Assembly: GCA_963810095.1 (NCBI GenBank)
Contig: CAWEMM010000012.1
Location: forward strand, 192,001-256,000
Direction: 5' to 3'
DNA length: 64,000 nt
From: an uncultured Chloroflexia bacterium
GTDB taxonomy: Bacteria > Chloroflexota > Anaerolineae > CG2-30-64-16
Part shown: one piece after another, positions 52,179 to 62,981 of the stretch
How positions within the stretch are numbered: position 1 is the first letter of the stretch
Layout of the letters: the number at the start of each line of letters is the position of its first letter
Notes under the pieces: generated by a model
Seen by the model: only the letters and a program-made list of their open reading frames with translations
What the model was told of the DNA's origin: nothing
The model's database searches: none
Position numbers and translations under genes: made by a program

Positions 52179-54696
52179 ATGACGCAACGAACACGAACGT
52201 CGTGCTTCGCGCAGTTTGCCGGCCGGCTGCTGGCCCCACTCCGGCTGGCGGTCGCTCTCGCGCTGGTCGCCCCGCTCGCGCTGGTCCCCGCGCTGGGTCT
52301 GCCTGCCGCGGCCGCGTCTCTGCCGGCCCAGACAACCCCGGCCGAGCCCCGGGTCGGGCCCGGGCCCCTGTTCGTCGAAAACGCCGGCCAGTATGCTCCC
52401 GAAGCCGGCTTTCTCGTGTTAGGCGGCCCGGCCCGCGCCTGGCTCGCCCACGACGGCGCTCTGGCTGACCGTCTACAGCAGGAACGCGCCGTCCGGGCCG
52501 GGCGTCCGTCCGGCAGACCGCCTCCCGGTGCGCGGTGCGAACCTCCGGCTGAGCTGGGAGGGCGCCAACCCCGCGGCAGAGTGGACCGCGAGCCGGCGCT
52601 CCGCCACCCGCGTCTCCTACCTGCTCGGCCGCGACCCGGCCGGCTGGCGCTCAGACGTCCCGGTGTGGGAGGAGGTGACGCTACCGCGACCTGTACGCCG
52701 GCCTCGACCTCGTCATGGGCGGCGACCCCGCGGCCTTCTGGCGCTGGTCCGCGCAGCCGTCGGCCGACCTCGCGGGGGTCCGGCTCCGCGTCGAGGGGGC
52801 CGAGTCCGTGGCCCTCACCGCCGCGGGCCTGGCCATCGAGACGGCCGCGGGCCGCGTCGTGCTCCCCCTGCCCGCACTTGCCGCCGCCCCCTCGGGCCCC
52901 CCAGGCCAACCCGGCCGTCCGCACCGAAGGGGACGCGTTCGTCGTCGATGCACCGTTCTCCTCCCCTGCCGTGCCGGGCGCGGCCGAAGCAGCCTCCGCA
53001 CCTCAGGGAACAGCCGACCTCATCTACAGCACCTTCCTGGGGGGCAGCGGCGCAGAGGACGGCTGGAGCATCGCGGTGGACGGAAACGGCAGCGCCTACG
53101 TGACGGGCGGCACGCCGTCGGCCGACTTCCCTGTCACCGCCGGGGTCTTTGATACGACCTTCGCACAGACCGAGGCCTACGTCGCCAAGCTCAATGCGGC
53201 CGGCAGCGCCCGGGTCTACTGCACCTTCCTGGGCGGCCAGGGCACGGACTGGGGCAATGGGATCACGGTCGACTCGAGCGGCCGGGCCTACGTCACCGGC
53301 GCCACCCTCTCGCGCGACTTCCCCACCAGCACCAACGGCTACGACCGGACGTGCGGCAGCGACGGCGACTGCGACGAATCAGGCGCGGACGGGCCGTTTG
53401 AGGACGCGTTCCTGGCCCGGCTGAACAGCAGCGGCACGGCCGCCGACTATTACGGCACCTACCTGGGCGGCGCGGATTACGACGAGGGGAACGGGGTTGC
53501 GCTCGACGGGTCCGACATGCTGGTGACCGGCATCACCTGGTCCGGCGACTTTATCTCCGGTTCCAAGGGCATGGGCGACGCCTTCGTCGCCAAGCTGACG
53601 GGCAGCGGCACGCTGGGGTACAAGGTCCTGCTGTCGGGCAGCGACGTGGACGCCGGTTTCGACATCGCCTCGGCCGGCGGCAGCGCTTACGTGACCGGCG
53701 AAACGTGGTCCACCGACTTTGGCGGGGGGACGCTCCAGGGCAGCAACGATGCCTTCGTCGCCAAGCTGAACAGCTCGGGCGGCGTGACGTACCGCACGCT
53801 CATGGGGGGGACGGGCGAGGACGCGGGTTACGACCTGGTGGTGGACGGCTCAGGCCAGGCATACGTCACGGGCCGGACCTCGTCGAGCGGCCTGCCGGTC
53901 ACGTCGGGCACGGGCGGCTACGGCGGCGGCGGTCGTGACGCCTTCGTGTGGAAGTTGAACGCCGGCGGCGCCACCGCTCACCTGCAATACCTCGGCGGCA
54001 GCGGGCTGGACGAAGGCCGGGGCATCGGGCTCGACACGTCGGGCGGCGTTAACCTGGCGGGCTTCACCGCGTCGAGCAACTTCCCAGCCGCCGGGTCGCC
54101 CTACGACAGCAGCTTCAACGGCGCCGAAGACGTCTTCGTCGCCCGCCTCGACCTGGCCGGCACGGGCAACCGCCTCGTCTACAGCACCTACCTCGGCGGG
54201 ACCTCTTACGATGAGGGCTACGACGCGGCGCTCGACGGCGCCGGCCGCATCTACGTGACCGGCTTCACGTCGTCCGCCGCGTTCCCCACGACCGAAGGCG
54301 CATACGATCGCACGCTCGACACGAGCGCAGGCCAGGACGCGTTCGTCGCCAAGCTCGAGCACGACGCCGTCCGCCCCACCCAAGCCGCCCGCGGCCCGCA
54401 TCGGCGCAGAGGGCACGACGGCCGTGGTTCGCTGGGATGCGGTCACCCTCGACGTCAACAATAACCCCGTCACCATCAGCAAGTACCAGGTCTGGCCGGG
54501 CGCCACCCCCTACTTCGACCCCGTCCTGCCCGCCCCCGCGGAGACGACCGGGCTCGAATACCGGGACAGCGGCGTGCTCGGCGTGGTCGACGCGCACTAT
54601 TACGTCGTTCGGGCCGTCAGCACCGCGGCCCTCTCGTCCGCCAACTCGAACCGCACCGGCGAGTTTACCTTCAGCCTCACCAAGGGCAGCAATTAA
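52179..54696 (+). CDS. Secreted SBBP (beta-propeller) repeat protein (frameshifts)
   Basis: Signal peptide, FVENAGQ, repeated YSTFLGG..D.G..IAVD..G.AYVTG.T.S.DFP; FN3-like tail YYVVRAV. Confidence 0.8.
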
Positions 54697-54875
54697 CCAG
54701 TCGGGGCGGGCCTGCGTGCCCGCCCTCCCCCGAGCGAGCCAGCCGGCACACGATGCCCTCCTGCCTCTTCAGCGTGCTTCTCACCGCAATATCGGAATGG
54801 TGAGAACCCGATGCTGGCGCGCCCGAACCGCTGCCCACGCGGCCCGTTGCGCCCCACGCATGCACGTTGCCCACG

Positions 54876-54935
54876 AATCCTTTGGGGGTCTCGGGGGCGT
54901 CGCCCCCGCGGGGGCGGCGGGGGCCCGAGGCCCCT
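54876..54935. repeat. REP-like repeat related to the right arm of the 4469-4887 element
   Basis: CCTTTGGGGGTCTCGGGGGCGTCGCCCCCG vs CCTTTGGGGGTTTCGGGGGCATCGCCCCCG at ~4754. Confidence 0.65.
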
Positions 54936-55014
54936 GCCAATAAATCGAAGCGGGTCAGCGCAGCTGCCCGAGGTCCCTGCCAATCAGACAGGAGATCAAG
55001 GAGCAGCCCCCGGC

Positions 55015-55974
55015 TTACTCCCTCGGCTTGGGAGGAGGCGGCACTTCCGGCGGCGGCCCACCCCCCGGCGCCGCGTAGAAGAACGAGCTCCGCTCGCTCC
55101 CCGCCGGCTGCGTCCACCGCTGGTACGGGCTCATCCGCACCACCAGCACCGTCCAGAAGATCTGCGAGCCCGTCAGCCGGCTGGCCTGGTACAGCGAGTC
55201 GAGGTTCACGTCGATCGACGTGCCCGTCGTTGCGGCCGCAAAGCCGCGGGCCGCGGCCGGCGTCTCGTCGCTGTTCCACCACACCACCTCGTACCCGCCC
55301 CCGTCCGGCAGCGGCCCGGTCGGCACCCAGCTGAAATGCACCGTCCCGTTCACATATTCGTTCTGGCCCGGCGACGACGGGGCCGGCGGGCTCACGTACG
55401 CGCTGGGCGGCGGCCCGCTGCCCCCGGCCGGGGGCGGCTGCGGGGGCGGGCGGGTCGGGGTGCGGGTCACCCGGCGCGTAGGCCGGGCCGTGGGCCGGGG
55501 CGTAAAGGTCGCGGTCGGCGGGGCCTTCAGCACGACCACGGGCACGGGCGAAGCCGTCGCGGTCCACGTTGCGGTGGCAGTGGACGTGTTCGTGGGTGTG
55601 GGCGCCGGCGTGCGGGAAGGCGTGGGCGAGGGGGTGGCGCTGGGCGTTGCCGTGACGGTCGCAGTGGGCAGATCCGTTTCCGAAGGCGTCGGGGAAGGTG
55701 CCGCGGTAGACGCCGGCGCCTCCGTTGGCTGTGCCGCGTCCGTCCCCGCCTCGGCCGGCTGGCCCAGCACATTGCTCGCCACTTGGACCGCGGCGGTTGC
55801 GACCGTCGCCGTCGCCTGGACTGTCGGCGTCGCCACCCGCGCACTTGGCGGCGGGGCTTGGTCGCCCTCCGTCATCTGGATCACGAGCCAGGGCGCGAGG
55901 ATACTCGCCAACACCACAAGTGCAGCGATCACAACACCAGGACGAACGGTCGGGGGACCAGTGCGACGGGACAT
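55015..55974 (-). CDS. Membrane-anchored Pro/Thr-rich protein with C-terminal Ig/FN3-like domain
   Basis: TM segment, T/P linker, domain FSW.PTGPLP...YEVVWWN paralogous to 56152-56532. Confidence 0.7.
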   Translation of the reverse strand: MSRRTGPPTVRPGVVIAALVVLASILAPWLVIQMTEGDQAPPPSARVATPTVQATATVATAAVQVASNVLGQPAEAGTDAAQPTEAPASTAAPSPTPSETDLPTATVTATPSATPSPTPSRTPAPTPTNTSTATATWTATASPVPVVVLKAPPTATFTPRPTARPTRRVTRTPTRPPPQPPPAGGSGPPPSAYVSPPAPSSPGQNEYVNGTVHFSWVPTGPLPDGGGYEVVWWNSDETPAAARGFAAATTGTSIDVNLDSLYQASRLTGSQIFWTVLVVRMSPYQRWTQPAGSERSSFFYAAPGGGPPPEVPPPPKPRE

Positions 55975-56100
55975 AGGTGGACCAGACGCCGGAAACAAGA
56001 CTCCAGGGCAAGCGCAGCGACACTATACGTCGTTTGCCGCAGTGCGTCAAGAAAAGTCGTCGTAACTGGGCGTACCTCGCGCGAGGGGAACCCGGCAACT

Positions 56101-56139
56101 GTAGGGGCGAGGCTCCGTCCGCAGACGGAGCCTCGCCCC
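56101..56139. repeat. GTAG-type REP palindrome
   Basis: GTAG overlapping a 16-bp perfect stem GGGGCGAGGCTCCGTC/GACGGAGCCTCGCCCC. Confidence 0.7.
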
Positions 56140-56151
56140 CCCGCCCCACGC

Positions 56152-58661
56152 TCACGGCTTTGGCGGCGGAGGCGGCTCACCGCCCGGCCCCGGCTCGCCC
56201 GAACCCGGCGAATAGTACAGTGCGCTCCGCTCGCTGCCCGAAGGCGACGTCAGCCGCACGTACGGGTTCTCCCGCACGATCAGCACGGTCCAGAAGACCT
56301 CCGAGCCGGTGAACGCGCCCGATTGGTACAGCACCGACAGGTCCGCGCTCAGCGACGTGGCCGTGACCGGCGCGGCAAGGCCGCGCGCCGCGTCCGGCGC
56401 CTCGTTCGGGTTCCACCACACCACTTCGTACGCTGCCCCCGCCGGCAGCGGCCCTGTCGGCGTCCAGCGGAACGTCACCACCCCCTGCACCGCTTGCCCG
56501 TACGCCGGCGCGGCCAGCGCGGGCGGGCTCACGCTCTCGCTCCGCCGGGTGGCCGTCGGTGCGACCCGGGTGGCCGTCGCCCGCCGGGTGGCCGTCGCCC
56601 GGACCGCAGGGCGGCGCGTCGCTGTGGGACGCGCAGTTGAGGGGACGCGGCGTCGGCGTCAGGGTCGAGAGGCGCACGACGATCGGCGTCCGGGTCCGTG
56701 ACGGCGCCAGGCTGGCCGTGGCCGGCACGCTGGGCGTGGGCGACGGGCTGGGCGTGGGCGAGGTGGTTGGCGAAGAAGTTGGCGTAGCCGTCAGGGTTGC
56801 AGTCTTAGTTGACGTGGGCGGCGCAGTGGGGGTAGCAGTGGGCGGTTCGGTGGGGGTGGACGTTGCCGTGGGCGTCTGTTCGCTCGGGACCGCCTCGACG
56901 CTTGCGACGGTCCCTGCCGCCCCCGGTGGGCGTGCGTCGTCCCCCGCCGTCGCACCCGGCGCCGGGCCCAACAGCCGCGTCAGCGTCTCCCCGACGCGCG
57001 TCGCGGCTGCATCGTGCGTGGCCGCATCTTCCGGCGTCGGTGTCGACGGTCTCCGAGAGCAGCGCCAGCGCCGCGGTCGTCGGGGGCAGCCCGCCCGAGT
57101 CGGACGAGGCCGCGCCGTTCCCGGCCGCCCGCAAGGCGACCATGCCCGCCAGCATCAGCAGGAGCAGCAGCAGCACCACCCCGGCCACGATGTACAGCGG
57201 CCGCTTGCTGCGCGGCGCGGTGGGCAGCGCGGGCCGGGGCAGCGCCGAGACGGGCGCCGGGGCCGCACGGCCGCGGCCGCGCTCGCAGTGGCCCCGGCCA
57301 GGGCGGGTGACGCGGGCAGCGGCGCACTCGGCCCCGCCGACGACCGCGCCGGCCGTCGTGACGTCCGCCGGTCGCGGCCGCCGCGCCACAGTCGCGCCGC
57401 GCTACCGGCCCGGCCGCGACGCGACCGCGGCCCCCGCCAGCGTCGCGCCCGCCATCGCCGCGCCGCGCCAACCGGCGCAGCCACAGCCGCTCGCTCCAGC
57501 TTGCGGTCGTCCGACAGCAGCCCGGCCAGCTTGCGATACGCCTGCGACACCGGGCGCCGGCGGTGCGACACCACCATCGGCACGCCCCGGTTGACCGTCT
57601 CGGTCGCCAGCTCCTGGTCGTTCGGGATCGCGAACATCAGGTCGCGCGCCCAGGTAGGCGCCCACGTCGGGCTTCTTCACGCCGCCGGGCAGCCCCTCGC
57701 GGTTGAGCAGCGGCCAGACCTTGCCGGCCGGGTAGTTGCGCAGGTCGAACTGCGCGAGCATGAACTTGGTGTTGCGCATGCCCACCATGTCGGGCAGCAC
57801 GGACATGATCACCCGGTCGGCCCCGTCGAGGAACGCATACGCGGCCTCGTCGAGCGGCAGGCCCAGGTCGACCAGCACCCACGGGAACATGCGCTTCAGC
57901 CACGCCGTGACCTGCTGCACCTGGGGCAGGGTCGGCGGATACTCGAGCGCATCGGGTGGGGGCGCCAGCAGCACCCGCACGCCCGAGTCATGCGTGGCCA
58001 GCACGGAGGAGATCAGGTCGGTGTCGAGCTGGTTGAGCTTGGGCAGCAGGTCGCGGATGTCGCGCTGATTCTTGAGGTTCAGGGCCACGTCGATGCGCAG
58101 GCGCCGCATAGTCCGCGTCGACGATCACGACCGGCTCCCGCGTGATCTCGTGCAGGCAGACCGCGGTGTTGATCGCCATCGTCGTGCGGCCCGTGCCGCC
58201 CTTCGACGCGCAGAAGACGACGACCCGCCCGACCGGCGCTTCCTGTGCCAGCGGGCCGGGGCGCCGCCGCCTGGCGGCCGAGCACCTGGCGCAGCACGGG
58301 GATCAGCTCGTCGCCCTTGACCGGCTTCTGGATGAATGCCCGCGCGCCGGCCAGCACCGCGGCCTGGGCCACGCCGAGCGAGCCCGGCTCGGCCAGCAGG
58401 AGCACCGCGCTCTCGGACAGGCCCTGGACCAGGCGGCGGACCAGGCTCGCCGGGTCTTCCGCAGCCGCCCAGGTCTTCGTCCACCAGCACGACGTGCGGC
58501 GCCAGGCCCTGGGCGCGCGTCAATGCCAGGTCCGGTTGCGAAACCCAGTAGAAACGGTGCTCGCCCGCCCCCTGCAGGGCATCCCCCACTTCCTCGCGCT
58601 GCTGCGCGTGGGGGCTGATCAGGAGGACGCGGAGGGGCTCACCCGAGACGAGGCCCGACAA
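56152..58661 (-). CDS. CpaE/TadZ-like protein (degenerate REC + MinD-type ATPase), probably continuing into TM + Pro/Thr linker + Ig-like domain (frameshifted)
   Basis: LRVLLIS..PHVVLVD, GARAFIQKP, VFCASKGGTGRTT, VVIVDAD, GVRVLLAP, WVLVDLG, IPND; then YIVAGVVLLLLLLML TM. Confidence 0.6.
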
Positions 58662-58848
58662 GAATTACCTCCCACTATGATGGACGCTTGACGGGCACAC
58701 TATACCCCGTCCGTCCCGAACGCGCAAGTGGGGCACGCTACGGTTGTGCTTGGATGCACAAAACTTTGCGAGAGACCGGGGGCGCGCATGCGAGGGTCAC
58801 TGAAACTTAGCCCGCGGGCAGCGTCGACGCATCATGGCGTGCGGGCCC

Positions 58849-59498
58849 TTAGTCCTCGCTCTCATCGCCCAGCGGAAGAACGTCGTGCCGGACCACCTCC
58901 ACCCGCACCCGGTCCCAACTGCCCGGCCACGGTTCAGACTTCGCCAGGACGGGCTTGTCCTCGGCCCACTGCTCGCCGAAGATGCCGATCATCGTGACCG
59001 GCAGCGTGCCGTCGAGGCGTCGGCGGTTCGTCGGGCGCAGGCGAGTAGAACCGCGAGGCGAATACCGTCATGCGCTGCCGGATGAACACGAGCGCGGCGT
59101 GCAGGCTCGCCATCCCGGCGCCTGCAGAGGGCAGGGGTGGGATACCAGTCGTACCAGGCCTGGCACTGCTCGGGCGCGCCCAGGCACGCGATTGTATCCG
59201 CCGCCGTGACCCGGCCCTCTCTCCTGCCCCGCCTCGGCAGCATCCCAGTGCAGGCTCACAAAGGTCAGCTCGCCCCGATACAGGCCGGCAGTGTGGGCGA
59301 TCCCGTGGCGGCGGCAGTCGATGCTGAGGACCTGTTCCTCCTCGTCCCAGCGCCGGCTGAGCTCCTCGGCAGGCGGACCAGGCGAGGCCCGGATCTCGCG
59401 CTCGAGGTCGTTCGGGCTCATGGGCGCTCGCCGGGGCGAGGTCCGAAGAGCGGGCGGAACACGTCGCCCCGCAGCTCTTCGCAGCGTACCGTGCTCAT
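58849..59498 (-). CDS. Hypothetical protein (frameshifted)
   Basis: ATGA-coupled to the upstream gene; fragments 59068-59421 and 58989-59243, tail ...PWPGSWDRVRVE...ED*. Confidence 0.4.
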
Positions 59499-60121
59499 TC
59501 CGGCTCCATGACGTACAGGCCGTAGACGGAGAACGGTGCGTGCTCGGGCACCCGTCTACCGGTCAGCGCCCGGAACTCGAATGCAAGACTGGGGTTGTCG
59601 AACAGGTGGTGCACGTTGAGGCGTCCTGACCAGGCAAGCCGCATCTCGGCCGCTTCCTCCTCCCCATAGCCGCAGTTACTGAGGCCGCTGATCAGGCCGT
59701 CGTCCGCTACGTCGTAGCCGAGCCGCTGCCAGGCGGGGCCCAGGTCCGCAAGGGAACCGCCCTCCTGCTCTGCGCAGCGGGTCACGGCGACCAACGTCCA
59801 CCCTGGCTGCCCGTCGGCGCCGGGAAGGAGAAATGCTCGCAGACGCGTCGAGGTCCTCCCACAGGGGCGCGTGCGGCCCGATCCAGGGGGGCAGGGCGCG
59901 CTGCCGCCCGTCGCCCGCCAGACCGAGGCGCGCCCGCTCTGCCGGCGGCAGCCCGCGCCGTGTCCCAGGTCGAAGACCGAGGGCCAGGCCAGCGGGTCGA
60001 CCGAGAGCGGCGCGGGGCACGTCGGCGCAGCAGGAACAGCGCCCGCCGCTCGGGCCGGCCACAAAGCCGGCACGTGGCGCTCGGGGATGCGGGCGTCGTA
60101 GCCGATGAGGGTTTCGTGCAT
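59495..60121 (-). CDS. Hypothetical protein
   Basis: RBS GGAGG; conserved-looking C-terminus LGYDV..GLSNCGY..LN..HLF..EHAPFSVYGLY; middle probably frameshifted. Confidence 0.6.
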   Translation of the reverse strand: MHETLIGYDARIPERHVPALWPARAAGAVPAAPTCPAPLSVDPLAWPSVFDLGHGAGCRRQSGRASVWRATGGSAPCPPGSGRTRPCGRTSTRLRAFLLPGADGQPGWTLVAVTRCAEQEGGSLADLGPAWQRLGYDVADDGLISGLSNCGYGEEEAAEMRLAWSGRLNVHHLFDNPSLAFEFRALTGRRVPEHAPFSVYGLYVMEPE

Positions 60122-60225
60122 GTCGTAGGTGCCTCCGGGTTGACATGTGCTGTCCATTGCACATCATGACGATTCGGCGGCCGCGCTGGGTCGCGCTGAC
60201 GCTCCTGGCGTTCCAGGGTGGGGTC

Positions 60226-61003
60226 TCACTTCAGCTCCCGCCGGTCCGGGCCGTCGAGCTGCAGTCCGACGCCCATCGCTTGGAGCCGGCTCCAGTTCCG
60301 CGGCCCCAGCCGCTCGGCCAGCGCCGGGGGCCCGAGGTTGGTCGTGAAGACGATCGGCCGGCCCGTGCTGTAGCGCGCGTCGAGGATCTCGTACATGATC
60401 GATTGGTGCCAGTCCATCGACTTGACGTTCGCCGTGCCCACGTCGTCATACACCAGCAGCCAGGGCCGCCCCAGCTCCCGCAGGATGTCGGCCTGCGTCG
60501 TCCCGCCGTTTGAGTCGTACGACTCGCGGATCGAGCCGAACACCTCGTTCTCGGTCGCAAACTTGATCGTGTGCTCCAGGGCCAGCGCTACTCTGCCATC
60601 CCGATCGACAGGTGTGTCTTGCCGCAGCCGCAGCCCGACACCGGAAGCACCCGGTCGCCGAACCTGCGGAGCTGAGGCGGCTCGTGAAGCGGCGACCACA
60701 GCCAGACTGAGCGGCCGCAGCCCTCTGCCCAGCGCGCCACGACCCTTTCCGCCCCAAGCTTGGCCTCGGCCTCGTTTGCGGTCAGGGGGATGTAGCTTTC
60801 CAGCGTCATGTTGGCCCGCCGGCCCTGGTCCAAGCCGTAGGCCGCCAGCGTGTTCTTCACGATTTGCGGGGTGCGTCTGCTCGCGCCACACGCACGCGTT
60901 GCACCCTTCGACAACCCGCCGCTGCTCGTGCGGGATAAACTGCCGGTACCCTTCGTGCTGGCTGGGCCACGTCTGCCCACAGCGGGGACACAGCCAGGCT
61001 CAT
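60226..61003 (-). CDS. DnaC/IstB-like AAA+ helicase loader (frameshifted)
   Basis: N-terminal CPRC..CNAC, G.G.GKTHL Walker A, LLVYDDVG Walker B, ILDARY...TTNL, SRL, GPDRR. Confidence 0.8.
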
Positions 61004-61889
61004 ATACGGGCGACGGCCGCTCCGTTGTTGTAGGCCTCGTGATCGTCCCGCTCCGCTCCTGACCCGCCAGAGTTCGCAACATCTGTTTCTTGGACTGGTT
61101 CCATGCCCGTGATTGCTCCGAGAGTATTGGGGGATGCCATCCCGGTACCAGTCGAGCATACCGGCAATGTTCGTCTTCTTGTTGCCCTGCATAACCCAGG
61201 CGTGCACGCACGTCTGCCCAGCGTTCCGTGTCCACCACCTGCTCGACAATTACGGCTCCGCTGGGTAGCGTCAGGCGTAAGGTGGGCGATCTGTTTGTAC
61301 AGCACGACCCCGGGGTGATCGAGGTTCGGGTCCCGCTTCTTAGGCGTGCTCCCGGCCTTCGCTGCGTCGGTGCCGGCGCGGTCGGTGCAGCCTCGGCTTG
61401 CGGGCCCGCTGCTTCTACGTCAGTAGAGGCAGCATCGGGGGACGGGGACGGGGACGGGACGTCTGTAACATGGGCGTAACATTCGCCGTAACGCGCCTCA
61501 GGTCCATTCTTCTTCGACTGCCGTTTCTCCCGCCACTCGGCCATGCGCTTGTGGCCGTTCTTGCGCTCGCGGAGCACCTTCTCGGCGGGCGGGTTATAGT
61601 CCAGGTAATCATGGATCAGGTATCCTCCCTCGCACGGCTCCCACAACTGGTTCTCCACCAACGCCGCGACGAGCTCGCCAACGTCGACTGGCTGCCAGCC
61701 GTCGGGGCCGAGCCTCGCCAGGCCGCCGAAATTGGCGAGCCGCGGCACCGCGGCCTCTGGAATACGTCCATCCGTCAGGTAGCGGCAGCAGTAGGTCAGG
61801 CCCGCTACATAAAGCCACGCGGCCAGCGGGCCGGCCGTCACGATCTTCGGATGGTCGGCAAACTGGTCGTCAAGCTTCGCCCATGACAT
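61000..61889 (-). CDS. Phage/ICE-type replication initiator (replisome organizer)-like protein (frameshifted C-terminus)
   Basis: MSWAKLDDQFADHPKI...YC...LTDG.IP...IHDYLDYNP; ATGA-coupled to the DnaC-like gene. Confidence 0.7.
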
Positions 61890-62119
61890 GATCGCATCTT
61901 CTCCGTTAGCTCCGGGCGGGCCCCAAAGGCAGACGCCTGCCTTTGGATCGCCCCGCCGCATCCCCGAACGTCCTCTCAACTGCTTCGCACTTGCTGTACA
62001 CCTCAAGTCGACTTAGCCCCGATCCTCCCCTGCTTAAAACGTCACTGGCGCAATAACCTCTGCGGCTGCAGCAAGCTACTTGTGCGCCGGCGGCAGGCTT
62101 GCCATCCAGTATTGTTTGC

Positions 62120-62149
62120 ATCATATGCCGTCCGATCAGATCTTGTCAA
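62120..62149 (-). promoter_or_regulatory. Sigma70-type promoter facing the rep/dnaC-like pair
   Basis: Minus strand TTGACA, 18 nt, TATGAT. Confidence 0.5.
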
Positions 62150-62981
62150 TACAATATCTAGTTCGTCTCAGGGCAATACCTACTACTGCTGCCCCTCTGC
62201 CTTACGCTTAATCGTCGTGTTTAGCGGTCATAGTGCTACATAGCGGTCAATTGTCTGCAGCTTGTAGTGCAGTACATACGTTCCACCCACGCTTTTCGGC
62301 AATCCTCGTTGCATTATCCGTGCCAGCGTACGGCAAAATTTAACGGTTCCAATCGCGTTTCCGGTATCTTTTCCCCCACGACTGTCACGCCTCTGCCCCT
62401 CGGCCAAGCTTCAACTACTCGGAGACGATACATGCGAGCGGCTGGGCAGCCGGCGAGTTGCCGCCAAGGGGTACGCGGGGGCGCCGGGGCTCGGGGTCTC
62501 TGGCATTTGGCCTCCTCGCGCCACATGAGAATATGCTACGACCAACCGGTAGGGCATTGACCGTTCGGCCGGGCGGTTTCCGGCCTGACGGATCGGTCAG
62601 CGTCAACATCATGCATGGCAGCAATGGGCCTGTGACGGGTCCCGCAAGCGATTCCGATGCCGCGTATGCCCCGTGCGCTTTTCACCCGCCACTCGGCGGG
62701 CGCGCAGCCTGTCGAGGAAGATGAGACGAGTGTTGCCGAGGCGAAGGTTGATGAAAGGCCACCGTAGTTTGACAAAGAATTACTCGTATCCTACACTTCC
62801 TTTGGATCGATTGCTAACCGACACTCGGACCCGCGCCCCGTGTCGGCAAGTCTCGGACCTCCCAGCATCGCACGTCTGGCCGGTTTAGCGCCATTTTTCT
62901 GCATCCGAAAGAACGGGGCTTCCGCAGTTCACCATGCCAATGGAAACCGGTGAGAGAGCTAAAGAGCGCGATTTCCACAGA

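Noticed and set aside
62300-62900. Possible riboswitch/ncRNA upstream of the GT87 gene
   Set aside because: Only loose hairpins; no family consensus recognisable by eye.
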